Assembly (NCBI GenBank): GCA_964248505.1
Contig: CAXTYQ010000007.1
Location: forward strand, 8,356-72,355
Source: an uncultured Acidobacteriaceae bacterium
Lineage (GTDB): Bacteria; Acidobacteriota; Terriglobia; Terriglobales; Acidobacteriaceae
Direction: 5' to 3'
DNA: 64,000 bases
The notes under the pieces are model-generated. The model had not been told where the DNA came from. It saw only the letters and a program-made list of their open reading frames with translations, and made no database searches. A program made the translations under genes and the position numbers. Positions within the stretch are counted from its first letter, which is position 1. Each line of letters starts with the position of its first letter. Below, piece after piece: positions 18,889 to 29,144 of the stretch.

Positions 18889-20508
18889 ATGCCGGAGCAC
18901 GAGGATAAACCGTTTACGCTTGCCGCCCTGCGCTCTGGCAGAGCTCAACGCAACTCACCAGCCTGGCCGTCCACCGCACCGTTCCGCGTACCTGACCCTA
19001 GCGGCACTGAGCTAGGCAGGAAACATCCTTCTGGCGAAACCCAGATGGGTCTGCTCTTCGCTCCCAAGTCTTCAGGCAAACTCGACGCTGCAGGAGCTCC
19101 AGATGCTCCGCCGAGCGGAGCGGTCGCCCACATCCCCCGGCCCATGCCTGCCGTACTCCACGCGGAGCGCCGCGTCTGGAACGTCCGCTCCCTCGTGGCC
19201 GACATCCGCCAACGCGTTGAGGTCGGCTACACGGACCTGTGGGTTGAAGGTGAGATCTCCGCCTGCCGCCCCGCAACCTCGGGCCACATCTACTTCACGC
19301 TCAAGGACGGCGAAGCTCAGTTGCCAGTTGTGCTGTTTCGTCGCGAAGCCCAGCTGCTCCGCTTCCGCCCAGCCGACGGCCTCCATGTGCTCGTTCGCGG
19401 ACGACTCTCGGTCTACGACACGCGCGGCCAGCTCCAACTCATCGCTGACACGGTCGAGCCTCGCGGTGCGGGTGCCCTCCAGATCGCCTTCGAACAGCTG
19501 AAGGCGCGCCTCACTGCCGAAGGCCTCTTCGACGCAAGCCGGAAGCGCCCACTCCCCGCGTTCCCAAAGTGCATCGGCATCATCACCTCACCGCAGGGAG
19601 CCGTCCTTCAGGACATCGTTACCATTGTCCGCCGACGGCACGCCGGCCTGAACCTGCTGGTCTACCCCGCCCTGATGCAGGGGCCGACCTCTGCCGGCAC
19701 CATCGGCCGGGCGCTGCGTTGGTTCGCCCGCAATCCCGCCCGGGTTGATCTCATTCTCCTCGCGCGCGGGGGCGGCTCCCCGGAAGACCTCGCCGGCTTC
19801 AACGACGAGGCCCTGGCCCGCCTGATCGCATCCTGCTCCCTCCCCCTCGTCTCGGCCATTGGCCACGAGACCGACTTCACCATCGCCGATTTCGTGGCGG
19901 ATCTTCGCGCGCCCACGCCGTCCGCCGCAGCAGAGCTCATCACCGCAGAGGCCTACCAGGTGGGCGCCCGCGTCGATCGGCTGCGCCGGTCCGCGTTCCG
20001 CTCCATTCACCTCTGCCTTTTGCAGGCTCGTCAGAGCTACGGCCGCATCTCCGCCGATCAGGTCCTCCGCCGCCTGCAGGACCAGGTCGCCCTTCGCCAG
20101 CAACGCCTCGACGACCTCCGCCAGCGCCTCGACCGCGCTGTCAGCCGGCGTACGCGCACCTCCGCCAGTCGCCTTCAGGTCCTCACCATACGACTTCGCG
20201 AGCAGGACCCCGCACTTCGCCTCTCCAACAGCCGGCATCGCCTCGAAATCACTGGAGAGGGCCTTGAACGCGCCCGTCGATACCTTTTGGCTCAGCGCCG
20301 GACGCATCTGAAGCATACCCACATTCGGCTCCAGGCACTCTCTCCCCTCGCCGTCCTTTCGCGCGGATATGCGCTTGTTTATCTCGAAACCGGCGCAGAA
20401 CCGACCCTCCTCCAATCCGCCAGCGACGCCAAACCCGGACAGACGATCCGCGCCCACCTCGCCCAAGGCACCCTCAAAGCTGAAGTCCTGGAGCTTGATC
20501 CCTCATGA
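18889..20508 (+). CDS. xseA: exodeoxyribonuclease VII large subunit
   Basis: WVEGEIS, SGHIYFTLKD, ARGGGS.EDL..FN, AIGHETD, PTPSAAAE, LSRGYA; start uncertain (18889/19045). Confidence 0.93.
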   Translation: MPEHEDKPFTLAALRSGRAQRNSPAWPSTAPFRVPDPSGTELGRKHPSGETQMGLLFAPKSSGKLDAAGAPDAPPSGAVAHIPRPMPAVLHAERRVWNVRSLVADIRQRVEVGYTDLWVEGEISACRPATSGHIYFTLKDGEAQLPVVLFRREAQLLRFRPADGLHVLVRGRLSVYDTRGQLQLIADTVEPRGAGALQIAFEQLKARLTAEGLFDASRKRPLPAFPKCIGIITSPQGAVLQDIVTIVRRRHAGLNLLVYPALMQGPTSAGTIGRALRWFARNPARVDLILLARGGGSPEDLAGFNDEALARLIASCSLPLVSAIGHETDFTIADFVADLRAPTPSAAAELITAEAYQVGARVDRLRRSAFRSIHLCLLQARQSYGRISADQVLRRLQDQVALRQQRLDDLRQRLDRAVSRRTRTSASRLQVLTIRLREQDPALRLSNSRHRLEITGEGLERARRYLLAQRRTHLKHTHIRLQALSPLAVLSRGYALVYLETGAEPTLLQSASDAKPGQTIRAHLAQGTLKAEVLELDPS

Positions 20509-21851
20509 AGAAACTCTTTGGCACCGACGGCATTCGTGGCGTCGCCGGCACCCCGCCCCTCGATCCACCCACGGTTCACGCCATCGGCCTCGCATTGGCC
20601 GCTACGCTCCGTCAGACCACGCACCATCCCAGAATTCTGCTCGGGATGGATACGCGCGAGTCGAGTGAACCCATCGCCGCGACGCTCACCGCCGGCCTCC
20701 TCGCCGGGGGCGCCTTGGTCGAATCCGCCGGCGTCATCACCACGCCTGCCATCGCCTTTCTCACGCGCTCCCACGGCTTCGCTGCCGGCATCGTCATCTC
20801 CGCCTCCCACAATCCTTGGGAAGACAACGGCATCAAGCTCTTCGGACCGGACGGCTACAAACTTCCCGACGCTCTCGAACTGGCGATCGAAGCCGAGATC
20901 TTCCGGCAGCTCGATCAGCCCACCGAAACCCCCACCCAGCCGCTCCAGCCGCCCGTCAACGAAGCCGACCGCGCCGACTACGTTCGCGCTTTACTCGCCA
21001 GCGTGCCCGGCCTCTCGCTCGACAACCGCACGGTTGTGATCGACTGCGCCAATGGTGCGGCCTCCGCCGTCGCACCCCAGCTCTTTTCCGATCTCGGGGG
21101 CGATGTGATCGTCACCCACGCCTCCCCGAACGGGCGCAATATCAACGAGTATTGCGGCGCCCTTCACCCGGCCGTCGTCGCCGCTGAGGTCACGCTCCAC
21201 CAAGCCTCCGTCGGCATTACTCTCGACGGCGACGCCGACCGCTGCCTCTTCGCCGACCAGAACGGCCATGTCGTCAATGGCGACGCCGTTCTCCTGCTCG
21301 CCGCTCGCGACCTTCAGGCCCGCGGCTTGCTCACCAACAACGTCGTCGTCGCCACCACCATGTCCAACATGGGCCTCGAGGCCGCTCTCCGCCGCTCCGG
21401 CATCCGAATGCTCCGTGCCCCGGTCGGGGATAAATACGTCCTCGAACAGATGCTCGCGACCGGAGCAGCGCTTGGCGGCGAACAGTCGGGCCACATCCTC
21501 TTTACCGGACGGTCCACCACCGGCGACGGCCTGCTCACGGCTTTGCTCGTCCTCGATGTGATGCACCGTTCCGGCAAATCCCTCGCCGAGCTAACCGCAG
21601 ACCTTAAGGTCTTCCCGCAGATCATCGTCAACGTCAAGGTCCGCGATCGCCGTCCGCTCGACGCTATCCCTGCCGTCGCTCAAGCCCTCCAAACCGCTGA
21701 AAAAGAACTCAGCGATCGAGGACGCATCGTTCTCCGCTACTCCGGAACAGAACCCCTGGCCCGTGTCATGGTCGAAGCCGAAACCGAGTTGGAGATGCGC
21801 ACGCACGCAGACCTGATCGCCAACGCAATCAAGGCCGAGATCGGTCTATAA
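20505..21851 (+). CDS. glmM: phosphoglucosamine mutase
   Basis: FGTDGIRG, ISASHNP, DGDADR, GGEQSGH, RYSGTEP; ATGA overlap with xseA. Confidence 0.95.
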   Translation: MKKLFGTDGIRGVAGTPPLDPPTVHAIGLALAATLRQTTHHPRILLGMDTRESSEPIAATLTAGLLAGGALVESAGVITTPAIAFLTRSHGFAAGIVISASHNPWEDNGIKLFGPDGYKLPDALELAIEAEIFRQLDQPTETPTQPLQPPVNEADRADYVRALLASVPGLSLDNRTVVIDCANGAASAVAPQLFSDLGGDVIVTHASPNGRNINEYCGALHPAVVAAEVTLHQASVGITLDGDADRCLFADQNGHVVNGDAVLLLAARDLQARGLLTNNVVVATTMSNMGLEAALRRSGIRMLRAPVGDKYVLEQMLATGAALGGEQSGHILFTGRSTTGDGLLTALLVLDVMHRSGKSLAELTADLKVFPQIIVNVKVRDRRPLDAIPAVAQALQTAEKELSDRGRIVLRYSGTEPLARVMVEAETELEMRTHADLIANAIKAEIGL

Positions 21852-22221
21852 GACGACCGCAGCTCCGCCCACACCGTTACAGCGGTTCTCCCGTAGGTGT
21901 ATAGCGAAAACACCGCTCATGGCCGCTTCTTCCTCAATGGAACGGCACTCCCACACTGTATCCGACTCACAGCGACAGGAGAACCACTGCTAGTCGACCC
22001 GTGCTCTTCAACCATGATGAATGCTATATCGGCACAGGCCCACGGCCGCAGTTCAGAATCAACCCCACCTCAAAAGCCTCGCTCGAGCAGCAAACCGTGG
22101 GAATCTGCTAAATCAGATCTTCATCACGACCCACTGCGCACATCTTCTACACGTACAGGTCCGACTACCAATTCGCTCAATCCCCTTTTACACAGCGAAA
22201 AACGACATAGATTATGCCTGC

Positions 22222-22443
22222 TTAGGTGAGCTCGTATTTTCGCAGGACCTCAGGAACATGGGCACCCCCGCGCATCAGTCTCGCTTCCAGCACGGCATTC
22301 ACACAGAAGGAGCCCGAGAAGCTGGTCCCATCCGTGAAGTCGATCTGCAACTCGGCCCCATCGCCCTCGTCCTTGTAGATCCGAAGCATTTGGATCGTCT
22401 TGCCGCTAAGTTCTGGACATTCAATGTACTCATCGGGAATCAC
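22222..22443 (-). CDS. small hypothetical protein (73 aa)
   Basis: GTG start after AGAGG; protein-like beta-strand pattern (GKTIQMLRIY, ELQIDFTDG). Confidence 0.55.
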   Translation of the reverse strand: MIPDEYIECPELSGKTIQMLRIYKDEGDGAELQIDFTDGTSFSGSFCVNAVLEARLMRGGAHVPEVLRKYELT

Positions 22444-22653
22444 TGTGAGACCTCTACTTTCTTTTCTAGGGTGGCCCCCAGTTGGGGATTCGTCAACCCG
22501 ATCGAAAACTTGTGATGCGTTCGCGGCAGGAACCGTAACCCTAGGATGGCGGCTGATATCGTGCAAAATTGGAAGCTGCAACAAATACCTCCTATGGACA
22601 ATCTCCACTAACATTGCCAGTAGAACATCTAAATGTGGCTGCTTCGCACCTGC

Positions 22654-23196
22654 TCAGGCATGGTCGAGCATTTGGTTCCGGTACAGGGGCGCTAGCTTGT
22701 TCATCTTCTCGATCTGCGCCTCTTTCTGGTCGGCCGGTGGCGTCGACGTTCGTGTCGGCAAGGGAATACCCACGCGCCCGAAATAGTTTTCTTGCCCGGC
22801 CGGAGAGCATAACAGCAGCGCACGGGCATTCTTGCTGGAACTGTTGTGGAACTGGTGCGGTGCATTGGAGGGGATATTGACCGTGGTCCCCGCGCCCGCG
22901 GTTATCTTGTTCCCACGAAAGGTCACTTCAATCTCGCCATCCAGAACAATAAAGCTTTCCTCAAAGTCGTGCCGGTGGGGCGGAGGTCCACCCCCGGGAA
23001 GGAGCAGCATGTCGAGCAGACAGAAGCGGCCGTTCGTGTCGTCGCCTGTGATCAGGGTCGTGTAGGTGTCGCCGGCAATTCCCAGGTGTTGCAGGCTTTG
23101 GTCAGTATCAGGTCGCGCCACAACCATCATGCGCTGCAGATCGTCGGGGGGCAGACCGGTGTCGGGTCTGGAAGAGATGCCAGTTCGCTCGGCCAT
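22654..23196 (-). CDS. cupin domain protein (quercetinase-like)
   Basis: GPPPHRHDFEESF, IPSNAPHQF, SPAG.E.YF. Confidence 0.88.
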   Translation of the reverse strand: MAERTGISSRPDTGLPPDDLQRMMVVARPDTDQSLQHLGIAGDTYTTLITGDDTNGRFCLLDMLLLPGGGPPPHRHDFEESFIVLDGEIEVTFRGNKITAGAGTTVNIPSNAPHQFHNSSSKNARALLLCSPAGQENYFGRVGIPLPTRTSTPPADQKEAQIEKMNKLAPLYRNQMLDHA

Positions 23197-23256
23197 ATGT
23201 TTTTCTCCGTCTGCTTTTCAGCGAGGTTTTTGTTGCCGTTCGAGTTTAGGTTGCCG

Positions 23257-24207
23257 CTATCCGACGAGGCTACGGCGGGCATCCCGATCTACCGCCGCTC
23301 TCTTCAATGCGAAGTCCTCGAAGTGCTTCATGAGTTGATCCGGTGCTTCTTCAGGAATGAAGTGGCCGCAGTTCGAGATCTCTCCACCAGTCACATCGTC
23401 CGCCACCATTTCCATCATCTGCTTCACCTTGCCGCCCAGCGACTTGTCTCCGCCAAACGCAGCGATCGGCACCTTCACCTTGTCCTTCGTCAGCGGCTCA
23501 GTCAGAGCAATCGTCTCGAAGGCAGTTCGGTAGAGACCCAGGGCGCCGAGCACGCCGGCCGTCCCTGAAAAGGTACGCAGATACTCGTTGACTGCTTCCA
23601 GTGTGAAGGCACTCGGATCGGCCGTCGCGAACTCATAAAACCACGTCAGAAAAGCTCGCTCGTTGCCAACGATAAGACGCTGCGGCACATCGTTGGCCAA
23701 TGGCAGAATCCACCACCACATCGATCCGTTCTTCATGGCTTCAGGCGTATACGAGATGATTGTAGAAAGTATGTCGGAAAGCATGACCGGAGCTTCGAGG
23801 TACATGAGGCCGGCAATCTCATCCGGGTGGTGCGCTGCCCAGAGCAGGGCCGGTGGAGCACCCATATCGTGGGCGATGACCAGAAGCGAGTCTCCGGCGC
23901 CGAAGCCGATCTGCTGCGTCAACAGGCGGAAGTCGTCCGCTAACGTCTTTCCGTCGTATCCGGCGTTGCCAGCCGGTTTGGAGGAGTCGCCATACCCGCG
24001 CATGTCGGGCGCCAAAACAAAGTAACCGGCTTTGGCGAGCAGCGGCATGACCTTATGCCAGGAATAACTGCTGCCAAGAAAACCATGCCAGAGAAGAACG
24101 GGCACACCTTCCGGATTGCCCCCGATCCAATACTGCAGGCTTACGCCGTTCACCTGCTCTGTCCTGGACTCAAAGTTTGGTATCTCCGCTCGAATCTGCT
24201 CCGGCAT
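23257..24207 (-). CDS. alpha/beta hydrolase, epoxide hydrolase/haloacetate dehalogenase-like
   Basis: HGF, DMRGYGDS, nucleophile AHDMGA, CGHFIPEE; start 24207 or 24258. Confidence 0.88.
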   Translation of the reverse strand: MPEQIRAEIPNFESRTEQVNGVSLQYWIGGNPEGVPVLLWHGFLGSSYSWHKVMPLLAKAGYFVLAPDMRGYGDSSKPAGNAGYDGKTLADDFRLLTQQIGFGAGDSLLVIAHDMGAPPALLWAAHHPDEIAGLMYLEAPVMLSDILSTIISYTPEAMKNGSMWWWILPLANDVPQRLIVGNERAFLTWFYEFATADPSAFTLEAVNEYLRTFSGTAGVLGALGLYRTAFETIALTEPLTKDKVKVPIAAFGGDKSLGGKVKQMMEMVADDVTGGEISNCGHFIPEEAPDQLMKHFEDFALKRAAVDRDARRSLVG

Positions 24208-24358
24208 TGTCCACCCCTCGAACTTTAGATCAAAGGTCCCTTCTTCTCGCTCCCGCACAATGTTGTCGCGCAGCGCAGTGTAGCTATATATACGCGGCCC
24301 TTTTCACATCACATCGACCCAAAAGCAATCAACGAGGTCAGAGTACATCCGATACCGG

Positions 24359-24373
24359 TTGCACAAGCTGCAA
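24359..24373. promoter_or_regulatory. TTGCA-N5-TGCAA palindrome (candidate LysR box)
   Basis: TTGCAcaagcTGCAA upstream of the alpha/beta hydrolase. Confidence 0.55.
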
Positions 24374-24789
24374 ACAAAAATCGCTTCCCATGTAGTGAAG
24401 ACGGCCTGTCGTAAATGCCGCAACGCCAAATATAGAGTGTCGGCTTAGCTAACTGTCGTTCCCTCAGAACGTCTTGAACGCGCGTGCCCAGCCCGGTTTG
24501 TGTCGAGCTTGCTCCGTTTGCAAACTAGCCTTGCATTTCAAGTGGGCGGACATTTACAGAACTAAGGTGCATTCTTGTTTTAGGACAAATGCGGATGATC
24601 CATGTTTGATATGACTTCGAATCATTGAAGACTTGCAGCCGCCCCAAAAGGGCGTGCAAAGCGTCATCCGGGCTTACTTCAGATAACTAAAGAGAACCGT
24701 AGGATCCTAAGCAAGATTGGATAACCGAACGCTACCTGCAAGCCAGTCTCCCCATAGATTCTGTCTACAGCTTGCTCTTCGAGGTACTC

Positions 24790-25197
24790 ATGTCAAGTTA
24801 CACAGTCGATCTCCTCTTGGTAGAAGATGATCCGCAATTGCGTTTTCTGATTGACGCAATTCTCACTGAGTCTGGATATTCGATTCGGTCTGCTCACGAC
24901 GGCTGGTCGGGACTGGCAGAAATCCGAAAAGCGGTGCCGGATTTAATCCTGTCCGACCTTCATATGCCCGGCATGTCAGGTTTCGACTTCCTGTCGGAAG
25001 TTCGCGAGAGATTCCCGCATATTCCTTTGATCGCCATGAGCAGCGCGTACTCCGGCACCGAAATCCCTTTAGGTGTCGTCGCCGACGCCTTCTACGAAAA
25101 GGCGACATCGATAGATAACCTGTTGCACGTCGTCGAAAGACAAAATTCGAGGGCAGAATCGACTGGGATCGGTCACCCAAACCGATCCTACGCCTAG
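24790..25197 (+). CDS. stand-alone response regulator receiver protein
   Basis: VEDD, DLHMPGMSG, MSS, YEK; GAGG SD. Confidence 0.88.
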   Translation: MSSYTVDLLLVEDDPQLRFLIDAILTESGYSIRSAHDGWSGLAEIRKAVPDLILSDLHMPGMSGFDFLSEVRERFPHIPLIAMSSAYSGTEIPLGVVADAFYEKATSIDNLLHVVERQNSRAESTGIGHPNRSYA

Positions 25198-25248
25198 CAA
25201 TTGATCTTAATTGCGCCTGAACAGGACTTCAGGACAGACTTACATTAT

Positions 25249-26256
25249 CTATAGGCTGCTGTGCACGAAGAACTCGTTGTGGTCCATGCCTGCGCACCTC
25301 GGGTCTTTCGGTCCACCCAGAATAGAAGCCATGTAGTTCAAGAAGGCACCCTCTTTTGAGGCCGGACGGGGACGACCACTGTATAACGCACAAAAGAACA
25401 TTGGTTCCACAGTCCACTCCGGAAGCATCTGCACCAACGCCCCTGTGTTGACGTGCTCCCGTGCGACCCAAACCGGTAAAACGCTGATTCCAGCCGAGTC
25501 GACGGCGAGCCGGGTCAGAACGTAGGGATCGGGAACGATGATGCGCGTGGCGGGATTTACCGAAAGATGCTCGCCATCCTTCCAGAACTTCCAATATGCG
25601 CGGTGCCCGGCTTCGGTAAGCGCAAGGCACTCATGGCCTTCGAGATCGACCGGATGCCTCAGTTCAGGATGACGGGCTAGGTAGGCTGGACTTGCGAATA
25701 AGCCCTGCCGTATCGGCGGGAACAGCTTCATCTGGTACCGGGATTCCTCGGGTGCTCGCACTTTGAAAAACACATCATGGCTCGCTTTGGGCTCCTGGTT
25801 CCAATCAGAGCAGTAGAGAGAAAGTTCGACCCTTAGCTTAGGGAACAAGGTCAAGAAGTCACTTAGTACGTGCGAGAGTACGTCTTGAACAAAGGTCACA
25901 GGCGCTGCCACATGTAACACGCCCTCCGGCTCCAGCTGACGAGCGAGGAGAACCTCCATCGCGGCTTGATGTGCCAAGAGAACGGATTGGCACGCTTTCA
26001 GGTACTCCTGACCCACCTCGGTCAGATGCAGACCCGACTCACCTCGCCGGATCAGCGCGAGTTGCGCTGTATGTTCTATCCGTTTGAGGGCACGACTGGC
26101 AGTGAAGAGAGGCACCTTGAGCACTTCCGCGGCTTCCGTCAGAGTTCGCGCGCGCCCGATCGCGACGAAGATGCGCATGTCCTCGGGACGTATTCTTAAA
26201 TCAATCTTTCGCGTTCTTTTTACCGCCACGTAGCACCTGCTCTGCCCTGAGAGCAA
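25249..26256 (-). CDS. LysR-family regulator (CrgA-like effector domain, atypical HTH)
   Basis: N-terminal wHTH (TLTEAA..LTEVGQEY), GLFASPAYL, GISVLP; start uncertain (26178-26256). Confidence 0.88.
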   Translation of the reverse strand: MLSGQSRCYVAVKRTRKIDLRIRPEDMRIFVAIGRARTLTEAAEVLKVPLFTASRALKRIEHTAQLALIRRGESGLHLTEVGQEYLKACQSVLLAHQAAMEVLLARQLEPEGVLHVAAPVTFVQDVLSHVLSDFLTLFPKLRVELSLYCSDWNQEPKASHDVFFKVRAPEESRYQMKLFPPIRQGLFASPAYLARHPELRHPVDLEGHECLALTEAGHRAYWKFWKDGEHLSVNPATRIIVPDPYVLTRLAVDSAGISVLPVWVAREHVNTGALVQMLPEWTVEPMFFCALYSGRPRPASKEGAFLNYMASILGGPKDPRCAGMDHNEFFVHSSL

Positions 26257-26970
26257 ACGGAATTTGGTAAGTGCTAAATCGTGCTGAACCGCGTCACGCA
26301 GACGAGCTTCGAAGTAGCGCTATTGTGGGCGAACCATGAGCCTTCTGGCGCATTTCCTACAATTGTTAACCATACATAGATACATAGATGTGGAGACAGG
26401 AGTCCCCCATCGCACATGAACATCAGCTCAATAAGTACGCGCTCGAAGCGCCTAAATGGCACAATGATCGTATTCAGGCGGGGAAGAACTAATAAGAACA
26501 AAAAACGACGCCCAAAGGTGTTTGCTCATTGAGGTCCTGTCGTTCACCGCCTCGGTCGTCTGCCCCGAATTGTTGCTCGAGGCTGAACATCGCCCCGTAA
26601 AGTTTCAGAATAAGTTTTATCCCGAGCCTGTTCAGGCAGGCTGAAACCTTTCATCAATGCTTACCAGAGTAATCTAGTCCCTGAATCTCGGAACAGATTT
26701 TACTCTCATGGCTGTGGCGTGAATCGTTGACGATCGCAACTCCCTACAACTCAACCGGAGTTCTCGCAACCGTGCGCCGCAAAAATACCTACGCGTAAGA
26801 GTTTCCCACACGATTCGCCACAATGCAACTCCGGACCCTCTCGCCTGTATAGTCGTGCACGCCCGCCCGAGATGCTACAGGCAGCAAGAACAATTCGAGT
26901 CCAGGGTGCCACGGCCGAAGATGTTCATCTGCTGTGACATGGGCAGACTTACATTGAAAGCGATTTTCAT

Positions 26971-27002
26971 TTGCAACGGATGCAAGTAGCAACGGATGTA
27001 AG
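26971..27002. promoter_or_regulatory. TTGCA-N5-TGCAA palindrome with a second degenerate copy 16 bp downstream
   Basis: TTGCAacggaTGCAA 26971-26985; gcaacggatgcaag / gcaacggatgtaag direct repeat. Confidence 0.55.
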
Positions 27003-27247
27003 CTGGCTTCTCGTCATTCGACCCCAAGCGTCTGGGACAAACAGAGCGGCGCACTGAACGGACCTACCCAGCTTTCGATTCCGTATAAAACCTGAAAAAC
27101 ATGAGTCGCGTAAAAGCCTGTAAACATCCTTGATGTCTAACAGCTTCCTCAGAAGCAACGCCCGGTCTTGATTGCTTAGGTTTACACGCCTGCAGCTTTC
27201 CCCAGACGGTTTACCTAGGCAGCAATTGTCAATCACGGGATCAATGG

Positions 27248-28849
27248 ATGGTCATGGAGCAAGTACACCGGCCAAGTTCGTATGGTGCGTTTCTGATTAG
27301 AAGTGCTCTCCGTGAGAGAGCAACGAGATCTCATGGAGGCGCGATGTTATGGCGCTCCAAAGGAAGCAGCCGTGACCTGATCTCTCTAAGCGTGGTTCTC
27401 TTTTCCTACGTCTTTATGTCGTCCGCAGGGGCGCAGACCGGTGCCCCCGTCACACCTGCGCAGCACGCGCCCGCCGAGAAGATGGTTGGACCGCATACGC
27501 CAGTTCCACAGATTCCAGACGCGGGTACGACCACTACGTACACACTGCCCCAGTTGATCGATATGGGCGAGCGCGCCAATCCCCAGACCCGCACAGCCTG
27601 GGAGCGCACCAAACAGGCCGCGGATCAAACGATTATTGCTCGCAGTTCCTTGTTTCCGACCATCGCCCTCACGACCGTGGCCTTGCGCGGCGATCTGCTC
27701 TTCGGTCTGCCTCCCAACATATCGTCCGAAGGAGTTGTAAAGCTGAACAGCACCACTGTGGAGCCGGCCGTGAAGCTTACCTGGACGCCGATCGATTTTG
27801 GAGGATATCTTGCAACTTATCGGGCGGCTAAAGAAACCCAGGCGGCAACGGGCGAAGAGGCAACTGCGACGGAGCAGCAGGTGGCACTAACAATTTCACA
27901 GGATTTCTACGCGCTTGTCGCTGCCAAACAAGCGCAGCAATCCGCAGAATCGAGCTACGCCGCTGCCAAAATCGAGGAAGCCTCCAGCGAGTTGAGCTAC
28001 GTGCATGGCCTGATATCGGTGATCAAGCGAGACCAGACGAAAGCGCAGACTCTCTCAACCTACGCCAGCCTGGTAAGCGCCAAGGCAAAGCTGCAGCAGG
28101 CGAAAGTTACTTTGGCTGCCGATGTGAACCTGAAGGCGGAGCAGGCCTTCGACGTTCCTCCGCTTGGAGACGATATCGATACACGGTGGGTGAACGCCTC
28201 GGTGCAGGAGCTGGTGAAGACCGCGACAGCGCGCCGCCCGGAGCTGCACGAGGCATTTGATCAGATAAAGGCGGCGCAGCAGCAGGAAAAGAGCGCGCAT
28301 GCGGGCTTGTTTCCAACCGTCTCGATCACTGCGCAGGAGCAATATACGCATAGCACGAGCTCGACGCCCACCTCGGGTAACGCCTTGACGGCTGCCAGCA
28401 CTCCTGACACAAACGGCAACACGTATATTGTCGCGGCCAACCTCAATTGGGACATATTTACCGCCGGCGCCAAGCGTGCCCGGGTGCGCGAAGCGGCGTC
28501 GCAGGTTCGTCAGTCGCAGATCCATCTCGATCAGCTCACGCTCGATGTGCAGCAGCAGGTCTGGCAAAGCTACACCAATGTCGAGGCGGCTTTGAGCCAG
28601 CAGCAGGCAGCCGAGGCCTCGCTTCTAGCCGCGCGCGAATACTTCAACTCGGCCAAGCTCGCCAACGCGAACGGCTTGGGAAATGAGGTGCCGCTTACCT
28701 CGGCGCAGGCCTCGCTTGCACAGGCCGAGAGCGCGTTAACCAGCGCGCGCACAAATACCTTGCAGCTTGCTGCAAAGCTTGCCTACAGTACCGGACAGTT
28801 GCTCTCGTTCGGGCCCATGATCCCACGTCCCGCAGGAGGGAAGCCTTGA
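27248..28849 (+). CDS. TolC-family outer membrane efflux protein (cassette 1)
   Basis: ANP..R, LFPTI/LFPTV internal repeat, RRPEL, WDIF.AG; start may be 27344. Confidence 0.88.
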   Translation: MVMEQVHRPSSYGAFLIRSALRERATRSHGGAMLWRSKGSSRDLISLSVVLFSYVFMSSAGAQTGAPVTPAQHAPAEKMVGPHTPVPQIPDAGTTTTYTLPQLIDMGERANPQTRTAWERTKQAADQTIIARSSLFPTIALTTVALRGDLLFGLPPNISSEGVVKLNSTTVEPAVKLTWTPIDFGGYLATYRAAKETQAATGEEATATEQQVALTISQDFYALVAAKQAQQSAESSYAAAKIEEASSELSYVHGLISVIKRDQTKAQTLSTYASLVSAKAKLQQAKVTLAADVNLKAEQAFDVPPLGDDIDTRWVNASVQELVKTATARRPELHEAFDQIKAAQQQEKSAHAGLFPTVSITAQEQYTHSTSSTPTSGNALTAASTPDTNGNTYIVAANLNWDIFTAGAKRARVREAASQVRQSQIHLDQLTLDVQQQVWQSYTNVEAALSQQQAAEASLLAAREYFNSAKLANANGLGNEVPLTSAQASLAQAESALTSARTNTLQLAAKLAYSTGQLLSFGPMIPRPAGGKP

Positions 28850-29130
28850 AATATCTGCCCCAAGGTGTGAAGCTTCGATTGGTTACAGGATGGCTTGGAT
28901 TGGCGTCGTGCAGCTCGTTAACCGGATGTGGTGGATCGCATGTTGTCAATGTGCTCGGCTCGTACTTTCCGGTCTGGCTGCTGTGCATGATCGTGGGGTC
29001 AGTGGTTTGTTTCGTTGTCCACTCCCTCTTCCTGCGCTTCAAGATCGAGCCCTATGTGGGCCCACTGCCGCTGATCTATCTGTGTGTTGTGGTCGCGGTA
29101 TCGTGCCTGATGTGGCTGCTCATTTCCTAG
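28846..29130 (+). CDS. YtcA-family lipoprotein (cassette 1)
   Basis: Lipobox LTGC, VLGSYFP.W motif, two TMs; overlaps TolC stop. Confidence 0.85.
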   Translation: MKYLPQGVKLRLVTGWLGLASCSSLTGCGGSHVVNVLGSYFPVWLLCMIVGSVVCFVVHSLFLRFKIEPYVGPLPLIYLCVVVAVSCLMWLLIS

Positions 29131-29144
29131 AAAGGAGAAAAACT

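Noticed and set aside
21852-22221. Attachment site or integrase remnant after glmM
   Set aside because: No direct repeat matching the other island end and no recombinase motif seen.
26257-27247. Short ORFs in the 1-kb LysR/TolC spacer (and in 33260-34140)
   Set aside because: No SD or protein-like features; treated as regulatory or decayed sequence.
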